64,000 nucleotides of DNA from Octopus vulgaris (Eukaryota): the NCBI GenBank assembly GCA_951406725.2, contig OX597821.1, positions 89,094,001 to 89,158,000 of the forward strand, written 5' to 3'. The notes beneath the pieces were generated by a model. That model did no database searches. It saw nothing but the letters and a program-made list of their open reading frames with translations, and was not told the origin of the DNA. The number at the start of each line of letters is the position of its first letter. Position 1 is the first letter of the stretch. Made by a program: the position numbers and the translations under genes. This document shows, piece after piece, positions 41,827 through 54,835 of the stretch.

Positions 41827-43486
41827 TATGTATATATATAGGTATGTATGTATATATAATATTTGCTCCTGTATACATTTATATAAACATATAAAAACCA
41901 ATCGTATATAAATAAAATAAAACAAAAGAAGCCACTGGACAATAACGATAGATAAAAAACGTACATCACTCTACAATATTCACCAATGGAAATAATACAT
42001 AAGTATAATAAATAAATGCGATATATTAATTCGGAATCGCTTTTCTTAAGCGAAATATTAATATAAGATGTAAATGATTGAGAAACACAGACGTTTTCCA
42101 TTTTTTGTCTCGAAACACAGCATTAAATATTTATAATAATTGGGCCTATCGTTATATGACACCACCATCCTCAGGCTCACAGACAGACAGCACTATATTT
42201 CATTTATCGCGAGAGATGGAAAATAGAGACGTTACGATTTCTATCTCAAGGCATACTTCATATTTGCTCAGGAGTATATTGCAGATGGCTCTGAATTTTC
42301 CTGTAATTCATACTTCAAAATTTTTAGGCTGTGACTGTAGTGTGAACTTTGTCCAAGTTCACACTACAGTCACAGCCTAAAAATTTTGAAGTATGAATTA
42401 CAGGAAATTTCAGAGCCATCTGCAATATACTCCTGAGCAAATATGAAGTATGCCTTGAGATAGAAATCGTAACGTCTCTATTTTCCATCTCTCGCGATAA
42501 ATGAAATATAGTGCTGTCTGTCTGTGAGCCTGAGGATGGTGGTGTCATATAACGATAGGCCCAATTATTATAAATATTTAATGCTGTGTTTCGAGACAAA
42601 AAATGGAAAACGTCTGTGTTTCTCAATCATTTACATCTTATATTAATATTTCGCTTAAGAAAAGCGATTCCGAATTAATATCTCGCATTTTTTTTTGTTA
42701 TACTTATGTATTATTTCCATTTGTGAATATTGTGTACGAAAATTTACGTTCCAATTTTACAACGAGACAACATCTTTTGAATTCCAGGAGTTTGTCTGTG
42801 TTTTCATTTCAGAGGATGAAACAGTCGTCCAGGAATCTTTTCCAATTTTCTTTTATGTATCGGGAAAGAAGGTTTCCAAAGGTAGATAAAGGATCAGCAA
42901 AGATTTCATCCTACGGTTGAATTCATCCTACGAAACAGTCACTTCATGTTTGACAACATGTTCTATCGACACCAATCCGGAATTGCCATGGGCACTGGGG
43001 CAGCCCCGGTCATTGCGAATCTAACAATAGACTATCTGGAAATAATAATATTCCAATTTTACAACGAGACAACATCTTTACTGATGTACGTGTTTTCATC
43101 TATAGTTATTGTCTAGTGGCTTCTTTTGTTTTATTTTATTTATATACGATTGGCTTTTACATGTTTATATAAATGTATACAGGAGGAAATATTATATATA
43201 TATATATATATATACATATACACGAGGGGCTGCTGAAAAGTTCCTGCCTAAATGCGTATCGCGAAAGGCCTGCTTGGAGGCCTAAACTTCCCAGCTTTTT
43301 TCAGCGCTTAAAAATGTGAAGGAGCGCTGCAATATGTGACTTTGAGAGTGGAATATGTTGAATACAACTATAATCAACTATATCCCTGTATTTTCTTTTA
43401 CCCAAAGCCACACACACACACACACATATATATACACATAGATACATACATACATACATATAGCTATATATATATATATATATATA
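41585..43486. repeat. Large inverted repeat (palindrome), 5-nt spacer at 42350-42354
   Basis: GTGTGAACTT-tgtcc-AAGTTCACAC centre; inner ~327 bp arms with one mismatch found; outer arms more diverged; insertion in right arm. Confidence 0.95.
42773..43055. mobile_element. Rearranged Penelope-like RT fragment (two oppositely oriented pieces)
   Basis: 42773-42889 matches 44869-44985 directly (minus strand WKRFLDDCF); 42894-43055 matches the reverse complement of 44993-45154 (QSGIAMGTGAAPVIANL). Confidence 0.88.
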
Positions 43487-43716
43487 CGAGATATATATTT
43501 ATTTATTTATTAACACTACCCAGATTACTACCACAACTTCCATCACCCTTACAGATAGAATAATTAACAACAACGATAGCAATATTATTGTTAAATAATA
43601 GTAATAATAGCATTAATAATACTAATAGCTTAGACCGTTCTACCCCCATCTCTAACCTCTCCTATGTCAGCATTACATCCTCAATTCCTGAAAATAATCC
43701 CAAAAATACACCCACT

Positions 43717-44102
43717 TGTAACTGCCATCCTGGGTCCATCTGCCTTCTATAAAGCCATTGTAGAAAATCTAATATAATTTATAAATGCGCCGTCCTCAAT
43801 ACATTACACAATTGTACAGCTATATATATATACGATCAACCATAAGTTTTAAACAGCGATATTCTGCTCATCTCAATTCTTTTAGATACGAGAAACATAG
43901 TAAATCCACAACACACGCCAGTCATCTAAAAAACAGAAATATTTCCTACACTTTTTCATAGTCCATAATAGATTCAGGGCTTCCATACCAAGTTCAGCGC
44001 TTAGCCTGTAAGTTATGCCTTAAAGAGGCATTCCACACATTAAAACACAACTCCTCAACACTACTATACAAATATAATGAGGCCCTAAGTGCATGCAACC
44101 AC
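43717..44102 (+). pseudogene. GIY-YIG endonuclease relic of a Penelope-like element
   Basis: CNCHPGSICLL*SHCRKSNIIYKCAV...YI(R)ST.SFKQRYSAHLNSFRYEKHSKST...CKLCLKE...LLYKYNEALSACNH; one frameshift, two stops. Confidence 0.82.
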
Positions 44103-44868
44103 TGCTTTTATCATACCTTAAAATTTTACCACAAATCTAAATCCAGCCTAAATAACCACACAGTATATATATCCACAATACACCCTAGTTAATCCCCAAC
44201 AACACTAATTATCTCCATTTTAATTTTTAATCGTAAATTAATTCCCCTATCTTACTTCAATAATCACAATCATTTAATTCTACATATATGAACATATAGA
44301 GATACATGTGTGTGTGTGTACAGGTATTTTAAATATGTATGTATTCGTATGTGGGTATATATATATAAATGAGTGTGTATATGTGTATATATGTATATGT
44401 ATGTATCTTTAAGCGCGCATGCGTGTGAATGTAATTGAGTGTGTATGTATAGGTGTATGTATGTGAGTGCATGCGTACGTATGCCCTTATACCATATTTC
44501 CTCCTCTTCTATTCCTACGTATCACTAACCTATCACATACGTCTATATATAGTAATTTGACATTGTTCTATTCTTCCCTCCACCTCAAATTTTTCTACCA
44601 AAACTACAGCTCACTTCGGTATCACCCTACCCATACCTTTTCTATACATTTTCTCTAACCATTCTTTAATACAGCACCGTCATATCACCTCTACCCATAT
44701 ATCTCATATTCTTTTACTCCTTACCTTCTCATCCCTTTCTATCCCTCCCCCACACCTATCCCATCCTCCCATCACATTATCTTGACCACCAACTAACACT
44801 TCTTTTCTCACTTCTTTCACTTTTTCTTTACTTCTTTTTTCACTCTGTTGTTTTCTCTCTCCCTTTTT

Positions 44869-45505
44869 TCTTTTGAATTCCAGGAGTTTGTTTGTGTTTT
44901 CATTTCAGAGGATGAAACACTCGTCTAGGAATCTTTTCCAATTTTCTTTTATATATCGGGAAAGAGGGTTTCCAAAGGTAGATAAAGATTCCTGGAATAT
45001 TATTATTTCCAGATAGACCATTGTTAAGTTCGCAATGACCGGGGCTGCCCCAGTACCCATGGCAATTCCGGATTGTTGTCGATAGAACATGTTGTCAAAC
45101 ATGAAGTGACAGTTTCGTAGGATGAATACAACCGTAGAATGAAATCTTTGCTGAAACTTTCTGGTATTTGTTCCGGATATTCGTCCAGCCAAAACTGAAT
45201 TGCCTCTATCAATTCAGTTATGATGTATATAAGGTATACTGGTATATAAAGTAAACCATGATTGTTTCTTCCTTGACTTGTTTTGGGAGGTGATTTAACA
45301 TGTCCAAGTCAACTCTGATATAGCTATTGATGTGTTTAAGGAAGGGTTTCAGGAGGATGTGCATAAATAGACTTAGTCTGTGTGTTTCACTCGCTGGGCC
45401 CGCTATAATAGGTCGTAATTTTAGATACACTGGCTTTTGCGTATGTATGTACGCCTCTTGTGAGTTTTTATGGTTTCACTCGAAATCTGCCTTTTATGGA
45501 TTTTT

Positions 45506-45575
<70 letters not shown>

Positions 45576-45700
45576 TTAGAGAGTAGTCAATCCTGTTGTG
45601 GTATTCCAAATTTCGTAGATCATTTTAGTAGCGGATATGCACTGCACTTTGAATACGAATTCGGTATACTTATGTGAAGTAACTTCTGAAATTTCCATTT
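44869..45700 (-). pseudogene. Penelope-like element reverse transcriptase relic
   Basis: KIHK, LRPIIAGP, FILRNCHFMFDNMFYRQQSGIAMGTGAAPVIANLTM..LE, WKRFLDECF; frameshifted and interrupted by (TA)n. Confidence 0.88.
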
Positions 45701-45754
45701 GTTACTACACACACAGACATGCATACAACTATATGTGGGTGTATACGTATATAA

Positions 45755-45790
<36 letters not shown>

Positions 45791-45829
45791 CTAAATTTTC
45801 GCTATGTGGCTAAGCAATTTGCCGCTTAA

Positions 45830-45894
<65 letters not shown>

Positions 45895-45977
45895 TGTATT
45901 TTTTCTCAAAACAGTTTCTGCACTGTATGTCTTCGAATGTCAGGGGATTCAAAAACACGGGGAATATGATTGTACAT

Positions 45978-46036
<59 letters not shown>

Positions 46037-46770
46037 CATGTATGTATGTATGTATGTATATATGCGTATATGTAGTTATATTCGTGTATGCATATATATG
46101 CATCTATCTATACACGTGTATATACATACACGAATAAAGACGAAAATATATTAATGCGCACAAAATGTGTATGCACGAGTGTCTGTGTGCGCATATATGT
46201 GTGTGTATGGGTATTTGTATTTGTGTGTGTGTGTGTGTGTGTGTGTACATTATGCTACGTAAACTTGCGCACGTAGAGTAAATTCTATTATTAGATCTAT
46301 TTTCCTTGAATATTTCCTCAGTATTTTCAATGCACTTTTAAATTTTTCAGTTAGCTACTTTCTTTTCGTATGATTTTCTTTCAATTTCACATTATTTGTT
46401 TGTAGTTTTTTGTATCCAGATTTTGTGAGTCTTTTGTAGGTTTGCAATATAATTTCAAAAATATTTCTATTCATGCATACGTACTTACTTTCATAGATGC
46501 AAATCGTATATATTCCAGATTCCCTCACTTTTGTAGGCAATACGCAAATGTTTACACACACATACTAACACACACACATATATATATATATATATGTATG
46601 TATAAAGAGAGAGAAAGGAGGAGACATAGAGAGTACTTTACATGTGTATATGTAAGCAGGATTATATATATATATGTGCATGTGTGTGTGCACGTGTGTG
46701 TGTATTATATACATAAGTATAAAAACACATACACGCACAAATAAAGATACGTATGCATACATGTATGTAC

Positions 46771-46807
<37 letters not shown>

Positions 46808-46824
46808 GACATATATACTTATAT

Positions 46825-46878
<54 letters not shown>

Positions 46879-47195
46879 ACATACCCGTAATTTAAGAAAA
46901 GTAAAACAACAAGCAAAACGACACAGTATAACAGATGGAAAATAAAAATTGCAGTCTTGCTTAAATTGGTGTTAAAATGCTAATTTTGTCTCAGTTTTCC
47001 AGGCCATTTCTCTCTAAGATTCACATCTCAATTTTTCTGTCAGCTTACATATTCGAGCCAAATCGTAATATATAAAATATATTGAGTAACGAAAATAAAC
47101 AAATAATCTATCCCATTTGTGTTTCGTGCACAGTTTTTCATGAGATTATTTTTCAATTTATTGTTGATGTTAAATATATATATATATACATGAAA

Positions 47196-47240
<45 letters not shown>

Positions 47241-47381
47241 TTTAATATGTATATACCTGTGTAAACACATATGCATATATAAATATATATATCTATGTTT
47301 ATATATATGTATATATATATACCTATATAATATATAAATATATAAAAATATATTATACATACGTGTGTGTCTGTATACGTG

Positions 47382-47448
<67 letters not shown>

Positions 47449-47480
47449 GTATATATATGCATACACACAAACGCACACAC
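45505..47480. repeat. Dense array of (TA)n/(TG)n/(TATG)n microsatellites
   Basis: Multiple tracts seen directly. Confidence 0.9.
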
Positions 47481-48100
47481 ACTTATCCGATAGATATTGT
47501 TTATTCTTCTGACTTGCCAAACGTTTTTCAGCTTCATGGCGTTCGTGGCTTCACCGGAAAATATCTGATGATTGTGTGTGAGTGAGAAATATTTTCGAAA
47601 TTCTGAGAATAAGCACTACTTTATTTGAATTATGAACACCGTCATAAGACTAGGTCTGTGTGTCGGGTGTAAATACGTGTGGTTTCGTGTATGTATATGA
47701 GCGTACACGTGCGCTTACAAACACACACACGGACACACACACACACATACACAATCACACACTCACAAACATGCATATTTATATCCATTGCGTATGTAAA
47801 ATTTTATTTTTTATTGATATATTTTATATAACGTATCGATTATCAGCGCCGCCATCATGGTATTTATTTATATTTTTCTAGTCAATACTTCATTATTTTA
47901 TATTCGAAGCAACCTTACATTATTTTAACTATTTTTACCGCTGTTCTGGGCAACAGTTAATCACTATACAATTCAACAAAATGCAGAGTACATGTTTTTC
48001 AGTTAATTTTGTGCCACAAAAATATGTGTTACGAGCACTCGTATGAACTATTACGTGTTAGTGCCATCGTTATTGATGTCACTCTTATCATGGTCCGACT

Positions 48101-48486
48101 GGATGGAAGCACTCCGTCGGTTACGACGATGAGGGTTCCGGTTGATCCGAATCAACGGAACAGTCTGCTCGTGAATATAACGTGTAAGTGGCTGAGCACT
48201 CCACAGACACGTGCACCCTTAACGTAGTTCTCGGGGATATTCAGCGTGACACAGAGAGTGACAAGGCCGGCCCCTTGAAATATAGGTACAACAGAAACAG
48301 GAAGTAAGAGAAAGTTGTGGTGAAAGAGTACAGCAGGGATCACCACCATCCCCTGCCGGAGCCTCGTGGAGCTTTTTTTAGGTGTTTTCGCTCAATAAAC
48401 ACTCACAACGCCCGGTCTGGGAATCGAAACCGCGATCCTATGACCACGAATCCGCTGCCCTAACCACTGGGCCATTGCGTCTCCAC
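48101..48486 (-). mobile_element. SINE family A, full length, 12-bp TSD
   Basis: TSD CATGGTCCGACT at 48089-100 and 48487-98. Confidence 0.92.
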
Positions 48487-49169
48487 CATGGTCCGACTAC
48501 CCACAATAACAATATCTATAGGCAGCAGAACTCCTTTAAGAGACTAGATGACGTGGAAATCTTGTCGGTACCACATCTTGGAAGATTAAGTTGTTAAACT
48601 TGCGGAAATAAAAGTTACTTGACAAAAATAATGCAGGAAATGGTGGTTTGCAAGCGGTACCACGAACAGCAATGTTAACAACATCAAGACCTAGTTTGAA
48701 GTATGCGTCATGGAACTACTGTTCTCAGAATGCTCTCTGTCGCAGCTCCAAGTTAAGTAACTTATGGGCAAGGGAAAATGACTTCTTGAAGCATCAAGGC
48801 CCGGATTTCACCGGGAAACCGAGGAATCTCTTTCCTCATTAGAGGGCTCCCCAGAAGCTATGAAAAGTTGTAGCATCCCAATCTCTTGTTGTCATAAGTA
48901 GGAAGAACATGGTGAATGAGGAAAAGTGAGAACCAACGAAATGAAGTACAACAACAATCATAGCAATCGATCACTATTATGTACTAACTGCACTTGAGCT
49001 GGAAAAAATCTGGCAAATGAAAGAATCAAGTGTCAGTTGTTATCCAGAGATAACCTATTGAAATGGTTCATTGGCGGGTTTTGAACTCAATAAAACGGAC
49101 GAAATTCTTCTAAACCTTTTACCAGTCATGCTGAGGATTCTGCGAACTTGCTATCTTAAATTTCGTAAT

Positions 49170-49980
49170 GTTTTCAATTTTTGGCACCAGGCCAATAGGT
49201 TCGGGGAAGGGTGTAAATCGATAACATTGACTATAGTGTTTAACTATCATTTATCTTACCCAACCCCGAAAGGATGAAAGGCAAAGTCGACCTCGGCAGA
49301 ATTTGAACTCAGAACGTTAAGACGGGCGAAATACCGCTATGCATTTCTTCCAGTGTTCTAACGATTCTGCCAGCTCGCTGCCTCAAAGCTCTTAAATAAT
49401 CCTTTTTACTAAAAGCCACAAGGTCTGAAATTTGGTTGGAGGCGACTTGTCGATTGCATCGATTTCAGTATTTCACTGGTACTCAATTCATCGACCCCGA
49501 AAGGACGAAAGGCAAAGTCAACCGCGGCGGAACTTGAACTCAAAACAGCGACAGGCGAAATACCTATTTCTTTACTACCTACAAGGAGCTAAACACAGAG
49601 GGGACAAACAAGGACAGACAAACGGATTAAGTCGATTATATCGACCCCAGTGCGTAACTGGTACTTATTTAATCGACCCCAAAAGGATGAAAGGCAAAGT
49701 CGACCTCGGCGGAACTTGAACTCAGAACGTAGCGACAGGTGAAATACCTATTTCTTTACTACCTACAAGGTGCTAAACACAGAGGGGACAAACAAGGACA
49801 GACAAACGGATCAAGACGATTACATCGACCCCAGTGACCAACTGGTACTTATTTAATCGACCCTGAAAGGATGAAAGACAAAGTCGACCTCGGCGGAATT
49901 TGATCTCAGAACGTAGCGGCAGACGAAATACCGCTAAGTATTTCACCTGGCGTGCTAACGTTTCTGCCAGCTCGCCGCCT
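49170..49980 (-). mobile_element. Family C SINE followed by a tandem SINE trimer
   Basis: Monomer 49170-49383; trimer 49401-49980 with 184-bp period, flanked by CAAAGCTCTTAAATAAT at 49384-400 and 49981-97. Confidence 0.88.
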
Positions 49981-51159
49981 CAAAGCTCTTAAATAATGGC
50001 AACATAAAACCATTACTACTGTATTCTCCCACGAATATTGCATCTCAAATTCAAATTATTTGTCAAGATGAAGTCACCGAGGGCGCCAGTCGACCTGATG
50101 GCATAGAAAGAAATCAAAAATATGAATATCACGTGCATTCATTATTACGTTATACGTCTTTACTAAAAGCTGCAGTTGAAACGATTAACAAAGTGGTTAG
50201 GCACCAGAAAATTAATCATAAAGTTTGCCAAATGCAGTGATTACAAAATCTATTAAAATATTCCTTGTATTCACTTGCAGCAACCATCCACCACTGAAAC
50301 TGGGAAAGAGATAATCATTTTTAACTCTTTGTAACTGAGTCAAAAATAATAACCGATATTTAGACATTTTCTTTAATTAACTTAAATTAGGAGAGAAACA
50401 ACATAAGAACAAAAACAACAAATGTTTAAATTCAGTTGCATTTGTGCTTCCTGCATATTTTAAAGCTGTACTATTATTAAATGAAACTAATTGAATATTT
50501 AAATTTAACCTTTATTTATAGTGCTATATAATGGTTTCACTGCGCAAATGGAATGAAAGGGAGAAAGCAAGAAAGCAAAATGAAAAGCAACGAATACTGA
50601 ACGAATGAATGAATGTGTGGATGAATAAATAAATAAATACATAAAAATCGAGGAAAGAGGAAAGGAGAAGAAAAAAAATGGGAACAAAATCCATTTATGC
50701 AAATGAGAAGAGAAACTTAGTTTTATAACTAATGAAGGTGCTATATCATATTGGATTATATTCATTTAACATCATTTAGCGTTCAATGTCCTTCTTGCAA
50801 AGCGTTTGTTAAATTTTATTAGTGCAAATCACCGATAAATCTTCATCCTAGCTGTCTAAGTGGCCATACATTATGCTGCAATATTTTGTATTATTCCCTA
50901 CCTCACCCACGCCATCTGCCTTGTAAACTTAGCAGGTTTGAAAGCACATTTGCAATGGCTGAAGACATAGAGTGTTGCTAAAGTAATTCTAGCATCTCTC
51001 TCTAAACCATTAGTGTTGGTACTGTGTTGTAATCATCACCAGCGTATTGAACTTCTTTGCTTTATTAAGTTACCTCATGACGTATTTGCCGCTGAAACTG
51101 GATTTACTGATGAACGTTTAGAAAAGTGAATGAATGGAGTGCTTCCTTCTCTCTGTGTT

Positions 51160-51280
51160 ATCGTTGTTGTTGCTGTTGTTATTGTAGTTGTCTATATTGT
51201 TGCCTTTATCGATAATTTTGTTATTGTTAGATTCATTATTGTTGTTACTATCGTCTTTGCCGTCGCTACAGTTATTATTA

Positions 51281-51311
<31 letters not shown>

Positions 51312-51326
51312 TATTATTATTATTGT

Positions 51327-51383
<57 letters not shown>

Positions 51384-52130
51384 AACTGCTACTACTACTA
51401 CTACTATTATTATTATTATTGTTATTGGCATTGTAATGGTTGCGTTATTGCTGTTGTTATTGTCGTTGTTATTGTTACCTTTAATTTTATTGTTGTTGTT
51501 GTAGCACTTAATGTCTTTATCGTTAGATAACAATACACGTTATTACATTTATTGTTGTTAATGCAGTTGTTGTCGTTATTGACGTCGTAATAGCTACAGT
51601 CGTGTTGTTGCTATCATTGTTTTTTTTTGTTTTTTCTCATCATTATCGTTGGTGTTGTGACTTACAATAATAAAGGTAAGAAGAATAGCTACATCAACAA
51701 CAACAACAACAACAACAACAACAGCAACAGCAACAACAACAGTAATTGTCACGACAATAATATCAATAACGAACAATAACGTTTACAACAGCAATAATGA
51801 TAACAACAATAAAAGTTACAGCAGCCATCATATCAAGAGTGGCAATGACATCTAAAATAATAAATACTAAGAACAACAAGAATGATAACAATAACAACAC
51901 AACGCTACCATCTACAATATTGTAGGTCTTTTAGCTTTCGTTGCACTTGTTTGAGCTGTTGCAGTTCTTGTGGTTTTTGCTATGTTATTGTTTATACCCT
52001 TGCTATACTTGTTATAGCCTTTTTTGTTGTTACCGTTTGTGTTGTAGTTAATGCTAATGTTGCTCTTACCGTTATGGTTTGTTTGTTTTTTTCCTTTTGG
52101 TGTTGCTTCCGGTTTTGCTATTGTTGTTAC
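51160..52130. repeat. (TAT)n/(TAC)n/(TTG)n/(AAC)n low-complexity trinucleotide region
   Basis: Seen directly. Confidence 0.9.
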
Positions 52131-53507
52131 CGTCTTTAAAATAGTTGTGGCAATTTTCTCTTCCTGCCTTACTATCGTTGAAGTTCGATTTCATATTTTA
52201 TAAAAATGTCAACCATAAGAAACTGGAAGCCACTTTCATTCAACTGCATAATTGCATAAATCTCGAAATATGTTTGGAATAATAGATGCTTGCAAAGCTC
52301 TATTGTATTTTTGCACGAGAGAATCGTTTATCTAATGAACCGTTGATAAAGAAATTCATCGTACTAACAACATATACTTTCAAAGTACGATATGACCAAA
52401 ATATATCTAACGTCAGAACTCCGACCATTTAAGTAGATATTTGGTGGGGTTCAACAATAAATATAGAAATATCGTCGACAAATGTAAAAGTCTTGACTAA
52501 GCAACAGCCTATAGCCAACACACAGTTTTTCGCAGTATAGAATATCGCTGAAATAGACTATTATATTCTCTAATGGAAATATTCTCAAAAGAAACTCAGA
52601 ATTAATTTCATTTTGCAGTTATAACCCGTCATTTCAACACAAGAAATACAAGGACCCTCATTGTTAATCGTATATTATTAATTATGTGCTATAACTCCAA
52701 AGATTTATATCCCATATACCATATCATCGGACATTTACACGTCAATAAGTTTCTATAATTAATTTTATATCTTTATAAATTTATATTTAATGCTCTACAG
52801 TTATCGTTTATATAGCTTTTATATCAAGATATACGATCACTCGAAAACTTTTTATTCATTTCTTTCCTTTTCTCATCTTTTCTTATTTCTCTCATTTGTT
52901 CATTTACATATACAGTTTATGTAAGTTTTCTTCAGATCGGTATACTATATAATCGCACCATCTCTTACTTTGTAGTTATTGCTTTAGTGTCTTCTTACTA
53001 CATCCGACTCGTTTTTTTTCTTTTCACTTTTATATTTTTCATTTGCATATATCGTTAATACAGTATTTTTTAAATATGTATACAATATAATCGTTCAAAA
53101 TATCTTTTTATTCTTTCATTTATTTTTTTATTCTTTTTTTCCTTTCCTTTTCTCTACTTTCCTGTTTTCCATTTTTCATCTTAAATTTTAGTTTAGTTGC
53201 CGTATATTCTACCTATATTTTCAAGGCTAACACTGCAGGATCTTATCAACCAATCAAATTGCGAGTTATTTTCAAATATTGCGTGTCACTTGAAGAGTAT
53301 ATTAAATCGCATGTATAAAATAAAAGAACGTTTAAATGTAACCCCACTCCTACTTGTAGACACATTGAACCAAGATGTGAAACTCGAAGAGGTGCAGAAA
53401 AGAATTTTTAGATACAAATTTTGCGTTTACTTTTTTGCATAAAGATTTTTCTCATATTTGTACACCATAATGAGCGCACACAAACGCGCGCGCGCACACA
53501 CACATGT

Positions 53508-53650
53508 TTCAAATTTTGGTACGTGGCCAACACTTTCGAGGGTAATCGATTACAGCTACCCCACTGCTGAACCGGTACCTATTTTACTGACACCGAATGG
53601 ACAAACAAAGAAATTGAACTCAGAACGTAAAGACGGACGAAATGCCGCTC
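53508..53650 (-). mobile_element. SINE family C fragment
   Basis: TTGAACTCAGAACGTAAAGACGGACGAAATGCCGC. Confidence 0.7.
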
Positions 53651-53799
53651 TCTAGACACACACACACATAAACACAGACACACGCACACACACACACACG
53701 CACACATACACACACGCGCATATATATCCTAATTGCATGTAAATGGGGAAGTATCTCACTTTTACAGCTATTACAACTTGCACTACAGTGCGCCTGCAT

Positions 53800-53836
<37 letters not shown>

Positions 53837-54197
53837 AGCGCCTGCACATATGCATATTTGTGTATACATAAATACATACATATATACTGATACGCATATG
53901 CTAATTCTTTATAATAGTTTATGTGTGTAAAGTAATTGATAGACAGAAGTGATTATGATTTAGTGACATGTGTGAGTGTGTGTGTGGTAGGGGCGGTTAT
54001 GCAAGTAGTTGTCTGGTCATATTCATTTGTATATACCTTCCTGTAGCTGTCCTATAAAAGTCATTCTTCCCCTGTCAGCTTCACTTGTGTCAACATCACA
54101 TCATTATAATTATTACTGAAAACAGAAACAATTAGTTTGAGAGAGATGGAATGGCAGGCTCTCTGTAACATAGTCATAAATATGGTTAACCCTCAAG

Positions 54198-54591
54198 CTT
54201 TACTCTCTTTTACTTGTTTCAGTCATTTGACTGCGGCCATGCTGGAGCACCGCCTTTTTAATCGAGCAACTCGGCCCCCGGGACTTATTCTTTGTAAGCC
54301 CAATACTTATTCTATGGGTCTGTTTTGCCGAACCGCTAAGTAACAGGGACATAAACACACGAGCATCGGTTGTCAAGCAATGCTAGGGGGACAAACACAC
54401 ACACGCATATATATATATACATATATACGACGGGCTTCTTTTCAGTTTCGGTCTACCAAATCCACTCAGAAGGCTTTGGTCGGCCCGAGGCTATAGTAGA
54501 AGACACTTGCCCAAGGTGCCACGCTGTGGGACTGAACCCGGAACTATGTGGTTGGTAAGCAAGCTACTTACCACACAGCTACTCCTGCGCC
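54198..54591 (-). mobile_element. SINE family B, full length
   Basis: Reverse-complement homologue of 31378-31846. Confidence 0.9.
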
Positions 54592-54694
54592 TGGATATGT
54601 AGTTCACATAAGTTGTCTTGTTTCACCTATCTTTGTTTCAAATTGCTGCTTATAAGGTCTAACATCATTATTATTGTAGCTATAAATAATAATA

Positions 54695-54835
54695 ATCTTT
54701 TCTACTGAAGGCGCGGGGCTTGACATTTTGGGGGAGGGGACTAGTTGATTACATCAATCCCAGTGTTTCGGTGGTATTTGATTTATCGATCCCGAAGGGA
54801 TGAAGGGCGGGGTTGACCTCGGTGGAATTTGGATC
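54695..54835 (-). mobile_element. SINE family C 3' fragment
   Basis: TTTATCGATCCCGAAGGGATGAAGGGC..GTTGACCTCGGTGGAATTTG. Confidence 0.7.

Noticed and set aside
42524-42562. CTGAGGA in the palindrome core as a hammerhead
   Set aside because: No GAAA and only imperfect stems; too degenerate to call
42078-42626. Two near-identical 100-aa ORFs on opposite strands
   Set aside because: Mirror images created by the palindrome; non-ATG starts and no protein motifs
49401-49980. CRISPR-like or novel regular array
   Set aside because: Units are SINE multimers without unique spacers; eukaryotic context and no cas genes
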